Shown in pieces: positions 10,470 through 24,860 of a DNA stretch of 64,000 bases (the first letter of the stretch is position 1; every line of letters starts with the position of its first letter). Location: the NCBI GenBank assembly GCA_036172245.1, contig JAYWIR010000017.1, forward strand, positions 1,178,001 through 1,242,000, read 5' to 3'. The stretch is from Raillietiella orientalis. Lineage: Eukaryota. Below the pieces are notes generated by a model. It had not been told where the DNA came from, made no database searches, and saw nothing but the letters and a program-made list of their open reading frames with translations. A program made the translations under genes and the position numbers.

Positions 10470-13400
10470 AACTTTTTTTTTTTTTTTCATAGGTCCACAC
10501 GGGTGAAATATGGAAAAGTCGTCGCGATCGCCATCCACCACGGAGTCGCAATCACGTACAGTGTGGATGCTGCAGCGCTGCGCAGATGCAAGCAGAGAGA
10601 CACAATCTCGTGCTTGCAGCGTCCTCTCCTAGCAAACAGCTTCTTACCGATGATGTCTTTGCCATCCACGCATTTTTATTTTCCTGACGCAATGGCGATG
10701 GTGATTGATGACGGACGATGACGATGTTATTCCCAGCCATCATTCATGAAAGGTAGACGTTGAAAGCAGTGCATTATGCTGAAAACTTTTTGTTCTTCGC
10801 CTGAGGCACTGTTCGGGAGGCCACTCGAGGGTGTATAGGCTGAGTTGAATTTCATCATATAAATAAGCAAGATTGATCGATACACTCGGACACACGAAAG
10901 TGCACAAACACGGTTTCCTTTTCCTCGAAAACAAGGCTTGGTTTCCGAATCGGCAGCCCTCTGCATCCTTTCGAAGGCAACTCTGCCTTCAGAGCGCAGC
11001 AGCAAGGCTGCTGCTGCCGATGCAAGAACGCTTCCGGCATCGTGTCCGGGCGTGACGTTCAGCAGAGGGCAATTCGCCTCAGCATACACCCGGATCGGTT
11101 CCCAGAAGACGCGTGAGTTCACCAAAGCGCGCGCGGGCCACCAACGCTTTCCGTTGAGGACGTCTTTGTGGCGGATGGAGCGCGAACGAGAACTGCAAGA
11201 ACCGACCGCTCCCCCAACCTCTTGTCCTCATTGATTCGTCTCTCTTCCCTCTATCCGGTCGGTCCCGACATCTCCACAGTCGGTTCATTTGCACAGTGGC
11301 TCGTTAGGAACCACAGAATGTTCTGCACGTTTCGGAACACGTCCGCAATCCCCGGTCTGCCGAGGAGGAGCTTCGGAAAGAGTTTCGTCACGAAGAACCA
11401 GAACATAAGACTCTCCATCTTTCTCCCGTCAGACTTCACACAGCTTCCCATATTCGATTCCTGTTCCTTTGATTGCGATCGGTCAGCTCGAATTTCGTCA
11501 TCCCGTTCACTTCGTTCGCGCCCAATGCCTTCCGGGACGAAATTGCTTCCCAAAATATCGGGAGGAAATTTTTCCTACAAACCGCGTGAGAAGGAAGGCG
11601 CACCCGACGTTTTCAAGTTTTGGATATGCTCTTCGCGCTTCCATAATTTGGGATGGAGGGGGGGGGGGAAGAGAGAGAGGGGAGGGAGAAACGATCGATG
11701 ATCTTTTTCGGGACGCTTAACGGAAATCGGTTATAGATGCTTCTTATCTTGAAAATCAAAGTGCAGCAATCTCGAAGAAGAAGAAAAAAAAAAAAAAAAG
11801 GAACGACGAGATGCCAACTGGAATGTGCTTTCTTCCCATCATTGGGTGAGGAGCACCACTGCGCGCCATGCGAGGAACATTCTTCTTCCCCGCTCCCCGG
11901 AAGTATCAAGAGTGACGACTGGTCCCGGTATCTCGTTACGCCTTCATCGCTTCATTCCTAGATGATAACGAGGACAGAATCATCAGAACCGTCATCATCG
12001 CTCCGTGAGATCCTAATTGTATCCGGATATTGCTGCGGATTGACACTGCATCAAAGATCGGCTTTTTTTTCCTGGCATTCTGAAAAGGCAGTCGGGGGGG
12101 GGGGGCGTACACCTTTCAATAAAGTGTATCCATGGAAGGAAGGCTGATAACTGTAACGAAACGTGCAGATCCTCACACACGTAACCTTGACGTATGTGGA
12201 TCGCGTTGATCCCGTTCGGCAGAAATCGTTTTCGCGGGAGTTTCCAGAATCCCAATCAATGGGACCCGGTTGCGCGCACTGGACTGACTGCGACTGGGAT
12301 GCTCCCGAAACCATCGGGAGTTCACCACAGTTTCATTCCCCTCCGAGAATTCAAGACCCCTTCGGGACGGCGATCTCTTTCAGTGTACACACACACACAC
12401 ACACACACACACAAAGAACTCTAAACTTATAGCAGCTGCTGAGAAGAGCCATTCTAATTGCATTATCCCTCACCTGTACACGTACACGAGGAAAAGCACT
12501 CTCTTGCATGGAACTCTTGGAATTGGTGCAAGCGTGCACGTGAGACGGACTGGTGTGTGTCCGGATGTGAGGTGTGGTCTCTTACCGTTGGATAGAGGGC
12601 CGCAAAGGGGTCACGGAAAAGATGGTCTCCCTATTCATCTCTATGCGCGTGCGAGGTGGTCCATTTTTTCGCTTTCCTTCCAAGACGGAAGAGCTTGACC
12701 CTTGTGTGTAACTGCTTCGATCATTTCGCACAGAGATGCGTTCCGGAAGGATGCAGTTATCGATTACTTTAATTTTCTATCGGTTACAAAAAAAAAAAAA
12801 AAAAGAAACACTTTCGCGACACGGCAAACAACGACCTGGCTTAGAGAAAGCCACTTCAACTGCGGGGATGGGTTTCGGGTTGACCAATTTCGCTAAAGGT
12901 CATTCCCCCCCCCCCCAAGTGCTCTCGTTGTGAAACTCTGACATTACGCATTGCATTTGTTCGAGTCGAAAAAGAAAGGAAAAGAAAACCACTCGTGTAA
13001 ACAAATTTGTTTAACTGTTACAAAAAAAGCGCTGAAGAAGTCGAAACAATGTAAAGGCAAAAAAAGAAGAAGAAGAAGAAGAGGAGGAAGAAGAAGAGGA
13101 AGAGGTGGAAGAGGAAGAAGAGAAAACAAAGAAGGCAACTCGGAAAAGGTCCGCCTGCAAACGAATTCCCTAATTAGAAAAAAAGAGAGAAGGAAAGGTT
13201 ACGATGATGACCCATGAATATGCATCGCGGTTGCCACGAGTAGCAATTTATATTTCGTTTGCACTTTTGTCGTTCCCTCTTAAAAGTCCGGAGAAAGAAA
13301 AGCAGATAATTATCGCCGATGCTTCCGTTTGTTTGTAGCACGCATAACAAATCACAAATAAGTACGAAGCGCAAACGTCATTTAATTGATCGCTTTAATG

Positions 13401-13712
13401 AGATAAGGAATAATTGCCCCCCCCCCTCTCCCCTTTTGAGTGCCGTGCCAAAGATTGAGCGGAATGCTCGATGCGAGATGGTGATTTTTTCACAGTGCGT
13501 GTTGTGGAGAGGCTCGGAAGACAATGGGAGCTGATGAATGTAACATTTCAGAAAAGGGAGCCTCGATGGACGGATCCTCTGATGAAAGCAGTCTCTCGGA
13601 AGAGACAGATTGCGAATAAGATGTTTACAGAGGAGAGCAATTTAGTATACATTAAAGGAGGAAGCTATGAAAGTAATCAAGATGAGTGGGTCCCCATGAT
13701 TTATTTAGCCTG

Positions 13713-13756
<44 letters not shown>

Positions 13757-14587
13757 AGTGGTTGAACGGAGGACGACGCGCCGGGCTTTGAGATTTCTTC
13801 TGCATTCGCTTGGAATCGAAGCTATTTTCGTCTTTGCACTCTTGGAAAAGATAAATAAATAAAAAAAAAATATCAGAAGGTTTCACAAATAAATCATCCA
13901 TGCAACGAACTTGTTGTTCCCTTTCTTCAGAGCAGGAGGAGAGTGGGTCGAGCTAATGGAAGTCCCAGCCGTGGATCCGAAGCGGATTCGTTGCGAGAAG
14001 GATCCCAGCATGCACGTTTGAAATTTTCGCACGTTGATGATGATGAATATCAGTACCGGCGGAGCAGAGCTGCTGCTTTCGCCGTTGTGGAAGACGCCCT
14101 GGGACTCTATGAAAGCTGACGTCAATGCTTAATCACGAACAGCACCGGGGAGATGATAACAGCAATTCGGAGTTAATCAGGAAGAGGATCACGAATGAGC
14201 GGTTCCGATACCCGTCATTCCCGTTCGTTCCTTCCTCTGATTGACGGATCAGGAAGGTCTTCCTTTTAACCGCCGCCCCTTTTTCCCGAATCCGAGGGAA
14301 TCCGCCGGCACCTTGCCGGGACCACTGCATCCTTCCCCAACCCACTCCATAAGAGATCGTGAAAAGATGGTTGTTCGCGAGGCTTCTTTGCAGATCGGAT
14401 CGCCATCCAGAACGGTAGAACGTGATTTATGGGGAGTAGGTAGGAAACAACGCCTTTTCACGTGTGTTTACACGTTAAGGACAGCTAGGAGCAAAGAGCA
14501 AATGCGAGAAGGAAGTTTTCCTGCGATTTCCACCTCTCTCTCTCTCTCTTTTTTCCTTTGGTTTCGCTACTCCAGTAAAAGGAGCCC

Positions 14588-14589
<2 letters not shown>

Positions 14590-14620
<31 letters not shown>
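14590..14620. repeat. A31 homopolymer
   Basis: Read directly; one of more than 40 A/T homopolymer runs in the window. Confidence 0.95.
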
Positions 14621-14625
<5 letters not shown>

Positions 14626-17600
14626 ATCTGCAGTTTTTTATTTTGTTTTCCTTTTTCGGTTTCCCATTATACCCTATTTTATCATCATTTCGGACTTGCC
14701 GTGAACTCTTTAGGCCATCCTTCTTCTTTCGTGGTTTTCGAACGGCACGTTTTCGATCGTGTGGGAATTTTCATGGAAAGTCGAAGGATCGTTTGACGCG
14801 ACGGCTTATTTAAAGTAGGTCCCTGGCTGCAGTGAAGCGCGCACCTTCGAGATCGATGTGCTTCCCAACGAAAGGCGCGCGGGAAAAATAATGGGGAGGC
14901 TGAAGAAGCAGCTTCCCGATGCGAGCGAACGAAAGCTGAAGTGCTCTCCGGTCTGAAGCATATCGAGATTTGCAAATTCTGAAAAATTGCGCGGTGATTG
15001 ATGTCAATACACCTTCGGGTCCAGACCTAGGAGAGCGTGCTTGTTGATAAGATAGCACGAAACCAGCTTGTGATTTATGCGCCGGAGCAGCCTGGAAAGC
15101 GAAGCAACGTCTCCTAAGACGCATAATAAATCCTTGTAATCCTTAGACGGATCCACTCGCTCCGGGTTCGGTCGGTGGCAGGGGAGCACGCGGAAAAAGG
15201 TGGTCGGAGAGGAGGAATACTGGCTGATGATGATGCACGCTCGTGATTTTTTTTCTCTCTCTCTCTCTCTTTTTTTTTTTTTTTTTTTGTCTTCCCCCTC
15301 CGAACAACTCGATCCGTGGGAAAAAAAAAAAAAACTTTTTATCTCAGTAGTGCAGAGAGATCGGTGCGCGACCCTCTCTCGGTCCATGAAATGGAACCAC
15401 GGCTTCCAGATCACAAGAATGCGCGGCAGACAGACAATCCCTGCAACGCTTTCGCGGGATTTCGAAGAAGTGGGTATGGAAGATTGCCCCAGAGCTGGAC
15501 GGAGGGGGGATGGGAAGGGGGGCTTCCCTGGATTCTTCCGAATCCTCCAAAGAGGAAGAGGAAAGAGGTGGAAATGGGCGGAGACGAGCTGAGACGCTAG
15601 GAAGATGGAAAACGGGCGGGAGGCAGAGGTGCGTGGTTTTACTCTCAAGGACGAGAAGAGCAGAGAAAACCGTCTCATGAGACAAGAGACCAGCCGTTCG
15701 AAACTCAGGCGCGCTCCCGTTCGGGAGGCTGCAAGGTGGTGGTGAGCTGTTGTTCTCCGAGGCCTCGGGACGGGCGATCGGATCCAGAGGTGGCGGCGGC
15801 GGCGGGTCCTCATGTCCGAGACCCGGGGACAAGAACAGCGTTGTTCTCACGGATTCCCAAACGCCGCCGGCTCCCCTAAAGACGGGAAAGGAAACCCCCT
15901 ATCTGTATCGATCAGAAAACACGTCCGAGAAGAACGCTCTCGTCCACCGTAAAGAGGACGCAGCGGCACCGACCCTACGAGCGGCGAAGAACCACTCGGG
16001 TATGACCCCCGCAGTAAAATGCACCAACCGGACGGTTTCGCAAAGGCGCGCGCGGGTTGCGGAACTGCGGCGTTTCCGATGACGCGCGCGCATTGCAAAA
16101 TCGGAATTCGGGTGCGTGAGCACATGCATGTACACGTGTGGTACGTATTGTACATGCATACGAAGAAATGACCCGCGCACTTACCAAATTAATCCCTTGA
16201 CCTCGGAGCGAGTGAATGAAAAAAAAAAAGAGAGGAAAAGAGGACAGCGAAACGGCGACTGCAGCGACAGTCCTGCCGCAAGTTTTGTCTGAGTACGCGC
16301 GCGCGGGCGTACTGATATGTTTTTCCACTGCAGACGTTGGCAAACAGACCTTTATGAGTTTCAAACATTCAACCCGAGTTCACGTGTGTGCGTGCGTGCG
16401 TGTGTGTGCGTGTATGTGTGAGAGAGAGAGAGATGTGTGTGTGTGTGTATGGGAAAGAGAGGTGGAGGGAGAAGAGAGAGAACGGAGACAGACAGAGGAG
16501 GAGGAGGAGGAGGACGAGGCTGGTACCGAGCTTATCTGAAATTATGGATACAGTCGGAAAGCTGCGTATGTAAAAGAGGTGTCTAGGGGAAGAGCGGTCA
16601 GTGGCACCATCTGTGGAGCGAAGCCCAGTCAGCGCCACTCGGGGTAGCGAAGCTGGAAGGCTGCGTGAGGGCTTCGCCATCCTCGCCGACCATGCCGTGC
16701 GTCAATATGTCGCAGATTGGGACGAGCGAGATGCTCCCTCCGCCTTTCATGTAACCGATAATTGCCCCGGAGTCGTTTGGAAAGAAATCCCGAGGACCAG
16801 AGTTCGACGTCAGGTGAAGTTCCAAAGGGAAGAGGTGGGCCATAAACGGGACAAGGTTTCTTCGCGTTCGCTTTATGCCAATTGTGTCCATCGGAGAAGT
16901 GCCGATGTGTTCCAGCGTCAACCCCTAGTCATTCTTGCTTAATTGTTGCAATAAAAGAGGAACACAATCTCGGCGTTCTCGATCATTTCAGACTTTCCCT
17001 CCCCCCATCCGTGCAGCCGTTCCATTTAGAAAGTTCTTCAGCAGCTTTTTACACTCTGCTGACAAGCACCTCCGGACGAAATCGCTCACTGTTTGGGAAA
17101 CACGACCTGCGAAAATCCAGAGCACCGAGTCGAGATCCCCCCCCCCCCCTCTCCCCCCCGTCTCTCTCTGGGCCGCAAGAATCGAGCAGGACCAAATCGG
17201 AAGGGGGGAGGAGGGGGTGCTGGCCTTTTTTTTTTTCCCCCTTCCGCTCCTTTTTCTTTTTTTTCCGGCCGGAGTCGGCGGCGGCGATCCCAAATTTGCA
17301 GATTCGAGTTTCGGACGACCGGAGCGCAGGAGCCCGCAGATGGAACAGCATCAGCAACACTTGCACCAACGTGCGTACGAGCGAAGAACTTCATTACGGA
17401 GTCCCGCAATTGCACGCCAGAGGCCCCTCCACGTCAGTTCACTTTTGAACACGGCGCTTGAATTATTGAGAACGAGTAGCCTTTTAAGGCTATTACCCAT
17501 TAGAAATGAGCGACTCGATAATTTTTTGATGCAAGTTTTTAGCCCGGGATCGATCATTCAACCGTGCGTTTTTTTTTTTTTTTTTTTTCTTTTACCCCCT

Positions 17601-20600
17601 CTTTCTTTCCCTCCTTCCCCGTTTTCTGGGGATGAAACAAATGGGAGAACGAGTGTGTGTGTGTGTGTGTAAGCAAACAGAAGGCAAACTCGCGGATCTC
17701 AAACGGAAAATGAAGCGTTTCAATAAATTAGCACGCGTACGCAGATGAGATTCTCACATGGAGTCGATTTTTCCGATAAGTAGCCATCAGCTCGGTTTTA
17801 ATGAGTGCCTTCGGCGTGCTCAGTCTCGCAGAGCTGCTGCTGCTTGTCACAAAACCCCTTTTACGAAAATGCTAATTTTGGATTCGGATCCTCCCGCATC
17901 TTCGGTAATTGAGAATTCGGTCATATAATTGCTGCCAACCGGGATCTCCTTCCGTCATTAATCCGAAGCTTGCTGCCATCTGATTCACTAGCGGCTCATT
18001 ATTGATGATGCCTGCACTTTGATTATCGGGTGTCTCATACGTCAAGCCTTTTAATTGTCTTGGAAAAACAATTTGTTCCCCCACCCCTTTTTTGTCCTTC
18101 TGTTTTCTCCCCCCCCCCCGCCTTTTAAACAAGGAACGATCTATATTTGTCCTTCGACCACACACACACACACACAGAGAGAGAGAGAAAAAGGTGTATT
18201 TGTTCAAACTGGTGGTCCACGCGTTGTTCTGTGAGGCACGGGTCCAGCGTTTTGTCCAGGCAAAGATGAAGCAAAATCGAAGCTCTCGCGCCGACACCGC
18301 CACGCAATGTCCTCCCCATTCGGGATGGATAAGGATACCGGCTGTAATTGGCTACATTCCAGGATAACAGCGTTCTCCTTATTTATGAATTTTCGATTCG
18401 CAGGATTGTCTCGTGGCGCTATCTGATGATTCACGGCACCATTAGCAGAAGCAGAAAGTAAATTGATTCAATAATGACTTAATTAAAAAAGATGAATCGC
18501 TTCGACAGCGATTAAAACGGCGATCGCTTAAGGAACATTAACGAAGATTTCCTTTTCCAATGGACCGAAACTCTTAACAAAAAGGAGCTCTCGGGCGTAA
18601 GTCGTTTAGTAAAAAAAAAAAAAAAAAAAAAGAAGAAGAGGAAGAAGGGCGTTAGCGAAGATGCGACACATCTTGGAAAAGGCTTGATTAATGAACCTGA
18701 TATTACGTGTTGTCTGTCGAAGAGTGCGGATTGCTCCTGACACTCCTCGCCCCTCATCGTTTATGGAGAGTACACTTTTTCCAAAGCAGATCTTTTTGGA
18801 TTCTTGCACACACACACACACACACACACATATGGCGCCTCAGGGTTCGTGTCAGCATGTGCTCATTGTTTCTCACGGCAGAATTTTCTGTGATTGGATA
18901 GACAAACAAAACTCCCGCATTTCGACTTTTGGCATCTGTTTATCTTATCATTTTTCAAGAAAAGTCAAGATATTCTCCATATGCTGGAATTTTTGCATAT
19001 CTGGTAAACGTTAATTCCGAGAGTCAGCATCAAGAAGCTCGCGGAAAATCGAAGGCGATGCAAAAACAAAGAAATTGCGCTTCTCCGGGATAATTGTGTT
19101 TCCGTGGGAACGGTTATTATTAAAGGCCAGATTTCTTCTTCTCCTCCTCCTCCTCCTCCTCCTTCGCGGAGCGAATGCACTGGGAACGCGCGGCCCTACG
19201 CTGCTTCCGAGCTGCATCTGGAAGAGAGAGGGAGGAGGAAGAAAGAAAGAAAAAAAAAAAAAGAAGCAAACAAGCGAGAAGAAGCAACGCACCCATCGAT
19301 TAATTTGAAAATGGCGACCTTGAACTGATTAGCTGATTATCGAGACACATGGAAACGAGAAACACAAACAATGCCATGAGAGAGAGAGAGGGAGAGAGAG
19401 ACTCGGACTGAGAATGGAAGGCATTGTTTGACTTATAAATACGCCTTGATGACTTAATTTCGGTAATTAAGATGCGTCCCCCCCCCCTCCGAATGCAGTC
19501 GGTTGAACGCAGCCCAAGTTCTGCAGGCTTTAAGGCAGGCCTCGCCGCTAATTAAATCGCAAGCGTTAAATTAAGCGTAGATTCGAATCGCCTCTTATTG
19601 GATACGTGTCCGTATCCAGGCAACCCGGCAGCCCAAAGCGGCAATGAGAGACTTTCCATTAGGTTAGGCTGGAGCTTCATAAAAGATCACGTGTGCCGTG
19701 CCGAGTTCTGATAGTGGTCGCTGCGACCCGTATCTGCGAGCTGCAGGGGGAGGCAATTTTGAAATTTGCAGTAAAACTTTGGGTACTTCTGGAAGGAAGA
19801 CTTATAAATTTTTGTCGAGGGAGAACTCTTTTACTGCTCGCGCTCCCCTGCTTAATAGGTTGCAAAGGTTTCGTCTCCCGAACATGTCCGAATCCGCGGC
19901 GCTGATAGCATCAATAAATGATACAGGATACATGAGCATGCAGCAGAGCCTCAGATGCTTCCCCAGGACGAAATTTCTTGCGCTCTTCCCCTCCCCCCTC
20001 CCCCCCCCCCAAAAAAAAAGGAAACTCGGTAAAAAGAAAAAAAGTCACACAGACTGTAGAGAGAATAGAACGGAATACTTCCCGGAAGAAGGACACACCG
20101 GTCCTGAGACAGCGTGCTCCGCCGCCTATTGAACTTATCCCATTCCTCCTGTGTGCGAGTAAGGCCCAACTTTTCGAGGAAATTTCGACTTTGTCAGTAG
20201 GTGGCGTTTATCACTATATCAGTTGCAAGTGACTAATTGAATTATTCAGCGCTGCCAAGTCACAGCGTAATTTAATGGAAGCATTCGCCTGCAGATTTCC
20301 TTCAATAACCAATAAATTAAAAATCACATTTTTTTTGCCAAACAAGGGGCAGCCTTTTCATTTTTCTTCAATTTTCCAGGGAAGGAGAAGAATTCAGCAT
20401 CTCGTGTGAGCCAAAAGTTGCCTCCTGGTTGATAGATTAGCTCGGTCATCCCCCCCCAGAAAAGCATATTTACAGCTTGCTGTGCCGAATGATTTTATAA
20501 ATTTCAAACATGCAAGCAGCATTTCCGAAAGGGAGATTCGTCTGAACAGTATATTGCTTCAAATAAGCCATCCAAGTTTGTTTGTTTGTTTTTGTTTTTG

Positions 20601-23600
20601 TTTTTTCAAAATAATATTGCATTTCCACGACTGATTTTTTTCATCCATGTAGAGCCTGCACCACTGCTGCTGCTTGCATCTCACGGTCCCACGTTGCAGG
20701 AGCAGCATCTTTCTCCCTACCTGCTCCGCTGATGAGCCTGTTCAAACATCCCTTACCTTGGCAAGGAAAACCGAGTTTGCCTTAATTCACAGAGAGATAG
20801 GTTTGAACTTCATTTGGCAAGGGATCGGAATGGATGCATCGCATCCGTCGTGTGCTTGTCTCCTTTCGAAGGACGGAGGTCCCGGCGCAACAGCATCTCG
20901 TCATCTTTTGCTTAGAAACGAAAATCGGCAATTAAAGCGCGAAAGTCGAAGAAATAGGACATTCCCCTCCCCCACCCCCCCGCCTCGCCCCCTCGAGGGG
21001 GGAGCTGGCATTTCAAATGCCTACTTCTCGCACCGTATCGTATTCAACGTTCGCCACCACGTTACATTCCTATTTATTCGCGAAAATCAAGATCAGAGTT
21101 TCAGGTCAAGATCGGATTCTGTTTCAAGCCGTAAAAAAAAAAAAAAAGTAAAACGGGAAGAGCTTGAAGTGCAGATCCTGTGCAGACAGTATAGAGAATT
21201 TCGTGAGGCTAGTGGCAATGGAACGAAACCTCCGTAATGTAACTAAATACATAATGCACCGTGACCCAAAGGCATTACCGCAGAGTGAAATGAAAAACAT
21301 CATCAGCATTTTAAATTACGAATTCAAATTATGAAACTTTCATGTCTTCTATTTTGGGGTAAAAAAAAAAAAAAAAAAAGAGAGGAAAAGAGAAGAGAAG
21401 AAAGTCCTCCTTCCCCCCCCCCCAAAAAAAAGGCGCTCTTCGTCATTCAAAATTCATTAATTCGATATTCCCGGGTTAAGAGGCAGATAGATCTGAGCTA
21501 TTCGAGCCTAAATTGGATGCAGCCTGTTTGTCTCCAATAAGAGTTCCTTGGTATTTAAGACGTCCCGATCAGCGCAAAAATTTCAAGAGGAATACTTCGA
21601 GGGGAAAGAAGAAGTGCTGAAGAGGATTTACAAGTTTAGCAAAATCTGCAGCTCTCTTTCTCGCGTCTTCGTCTCGTGTTTCTGCCAACCGGCATCCTTC
21701 TCATTTTTCTCCTGATACTGTGTGCGAATTCTCTCGAACTATCGAACCTGCCTTTTCCCAGAAGCCTGGAATACGAAAGTGTGGGTTCCTAATTGTAAAT
21801 TCCTGCGTTCCAAAACTCATTCGAATTTTCTTTTTTCTTTCTTTCTTTCTTTCCTTTCCTTTCCTTGAAGGAGGAATTGCCTTCCTCGACGGAGACGGCT
21901 TTTTTGCATTCACCGTGGATTTCGAGGTGTCTCGGCCTGCTACAGAGATGAATCCGTGAGTCATCCTTTGCAATAATGCACTTCTAAAATGGCAATGACT
22001 TTTTAATGCTGTGGAGAATTGATGTTCTCTCCGAAAATCACCGGACCAGAATCTTCACCGGGAAGACATGCAGGCGCGCGATATTGCTTATGGAAGACGG
22101 CGTTTCATCATAAGCCGCTGTATTCTTTTCCGAGCAGTCACACACTCTTTCGCCATTATCTATTTTAAGCAGTCTTGGTGGTTTTCCTCTCTTCTTCCTT
22201 TACGCAGTCACTTTTGGAAGCTCCTCCGTTCCAGAAAACTTTTAAAGCTTCTCCATTTCGTCAACACCGTCTGTGTACGTGAGAATATTCAGGAACTCCA
22301 CTGGAATCGATACGGGGTTAACAGCGTACGGGGATGCATCTCTTCAAGAGGTTACTTTTCTTGATGAAAAGTAGCGATCCAAGCGTTAATGCATTCTGTT
22401 CCACTGCCTTTGGAAATCAGCCTTCCAAGACACAGACATGCAATTTGCTCGTTTGATATTTTGAGATGTGGTGATTACGACGCTGGGATGAGTTGGGACT
22501 GCTGCGACCCCGATCATCTTTTGTTCCGATTTGATTCGCGGCGGAAGAAATTTTTCGAGCTTTCGGGGAATCCGTTCCCGAAACGAAAAACTGCAGCAGG
22601 TCCGAGGACGTGCGTACCTCGGCAAAACTTTTCGGGAATTCTAATGAAACGCACGCGATGCTTAATCTGTCGGACTACGTCCAGTTACCACGCAGACTGC
22701 GTTTCCATGTGATTTCTCAATGGGAAAAAAAAGCTGGACTAAGGGCACCTCGTTTCTGAAACTTTCACTCGAGATCGCCGTTTGCCAACTTGTGCCAAAG
22801 GAGAGCGAGGCAAGAAAGAGGAGATCCTTCTGCTCCAGAGTCGACTTAATCATACCCTTCCCCGAGACTCCGAGAACGCATTTCCGGAAGATTCACTTTG
22901 CAGGAGCACATCTGATGATCTGTGTTTATCTCGTTTTATCAGTCCCATCTTCCTTGCTAGAGAACTTTAAGACTATCAGAGAGGAAACAAGTTGAATGCT
23001 TCTTCCTGGCAAAGTAAATAAGAATGGCTATTGTTCGTTTTAGGTTACGTCAGCTTGTTTACCTAGCAACAGCAACGACAAGAAAAATATCTTCCTCGTG
23101 TTATCTTTTCGGGAGGAAAACGCTCATCGTAATTATTTTCCATTCCTTCGAGCGCGCTTCCTCGAATTCGCAAGGATCGCACAAGGACACTCTCGAACAC
23201 TGTTTTTCATTTAATGGAAGAAAAGTTTGTTTTTTCGAAGATGCTCGCTTCCTCGTCAGTACCACGAGATGCGGGCCGCGCGCTTTGGATGGGATCACCT
23301 CCAGTGCTAGCTTCGCCACCGTCCACCCAAGTGGCAGGAAAAGGTGGTCTGCGAAGGAAGGCATCTTCCTGTTAGTCGACCCGACCGACAACATTTCGTA
23401 CGCGAGTGCGGCGGGCTGCCGTCATTGAAAATTCTTGCTCACCGTGAGCTCGCGGTGCTCTTGAAAACCCACTCTGCTTATCATCGCTGTTTCGCCATTC
23501 CCACTGCACATGTGACGCTCTCGGTAGGTTCATGGTTTTATGTGCTCCTCTCTGTGTTCGTCGACGATTCCGTCTCGTATTTTCGGCATTGTACGTCTTT

Positions 23601-24820
23601 CGACGGCGCTGCACCACGCTCCAGAGCTTCCGTCGAACTCCCGGTTGTGTTTTCCGTCTCGCAGGGACCTACTTGGGAAACACGAGCGTCTGGGAGGATG
23701 CATTTTCCAAATATCCATCCGAACGGGGTGAATCGCAATTGGGGACCAGGGTACGATATTTGGGTGTAGGAGACACAGGGGAAAAAATGAAACGAAAGAA
23801 CAAGGCACGAAGCACCAATCAGATGAGATCATGCTTCTGGACAAAATGCGGAACTTCCTTTCACGCTCGTCCCTGCACAGCCAGACCGAGGTCCCCACAG
23901 TGTGGCCTCCGATCGAGCACACTTGACCGGTACGGAAGCGGAGTATCCACCAATCCCAAGAAAATTCGTCGGGACTCATCGGGAGCATCAAAACCTTGGG
24001 TGGCCCCACGGTTCGACCATGGGTTCGACCTGCTTCAAGCCGATGCTGTTTTCTCTTTTGCTTCTAGCAAACTCCTTTCGCTTCTTGGAAACAAAACTCC
24101 TCGCCGATATCTTTACGGATGCAAGGGATTGCGTTTGCACTGCAGAGATGTTTCGGTACGCATCGAAACACATCGAAGGCGGTTTCACAGTTGCAGACGA
24201 ATGAATTTCAGCGTGGTTCTGTCCATGTCTTATCGCTCCCTCATGCCGGACGAGTCGCTGGAGACTCGGTTGCAAGAAGCTGTGGAGAGACGGCAAATTT
24301 TCTGCGTGGCAAAACACACGCACAAAAAAGAGACACCAGGAAAAAACTCGATAACCAATTCCAGTGCAAAACTCAGATGAGCAAACCTTTGCATTTGGAG
24401 GATTGAATCAAGGAAAACGGTTTCGAGAACGTCACTGCCGCACCTCATCTCGAGCAACGGCTCCTTGGGTGGGTTCATCGGAGAAGCTTTCCTCCTCCTT
24501 CATGACTACAGAGACTTCGTCCCGTCCCATCCTGTATGATCAAGACTCAGCGCGTCCACTCTTACAGACAAGGCATGCATGCTTCGGTTCGGAAGCCTCA
24601 ATGTCCCGATTTCAGATCGGGGAACAAAAGAGAATCTCAGATGACGGCCATAGACGATCGATCTCCCTCCATCGCGAGGTGCAAGAAATTTTTTTCCGAT
24701 GGTTCTCGATCGTGCCGTTTATCATGCGTTGAATTCCACAAGAGCTTTTTCGGCTATCACAACAGAAGCTGATGACTGACACCTCTATTCACGGAGTGAT
24801 TTCAAAAGATCCGTTTTTAT

Positions 24821-24821
<1 letters not shown>

Positions 24822-24857
<36 letters not shown>
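24822..24857. repeat. (CA)n microsatellite
   Basis: Read directly; similar CA/TG tracts at ~12387-12412, ~18806-18830, ~50103-50135 and ~54241-54272. Confidence 0.95.

Positions 24858-24860
<3 letters not shown>

Noticed and set aside
13032..13047. CTGAAGA...GAAAC hammerhead-like core (similar cores at ~14900 and on the minus strand at ~60665-60681)
   Set aside because: Stems I, II and III cannot all be formed in any of these cases.
16598..16942. Overlapping ~110-aa ORFs on both strands in complex sequence
   Set aside because: No recognisable family motif. It could be an old TE fragment, but I cannot support that without a search.
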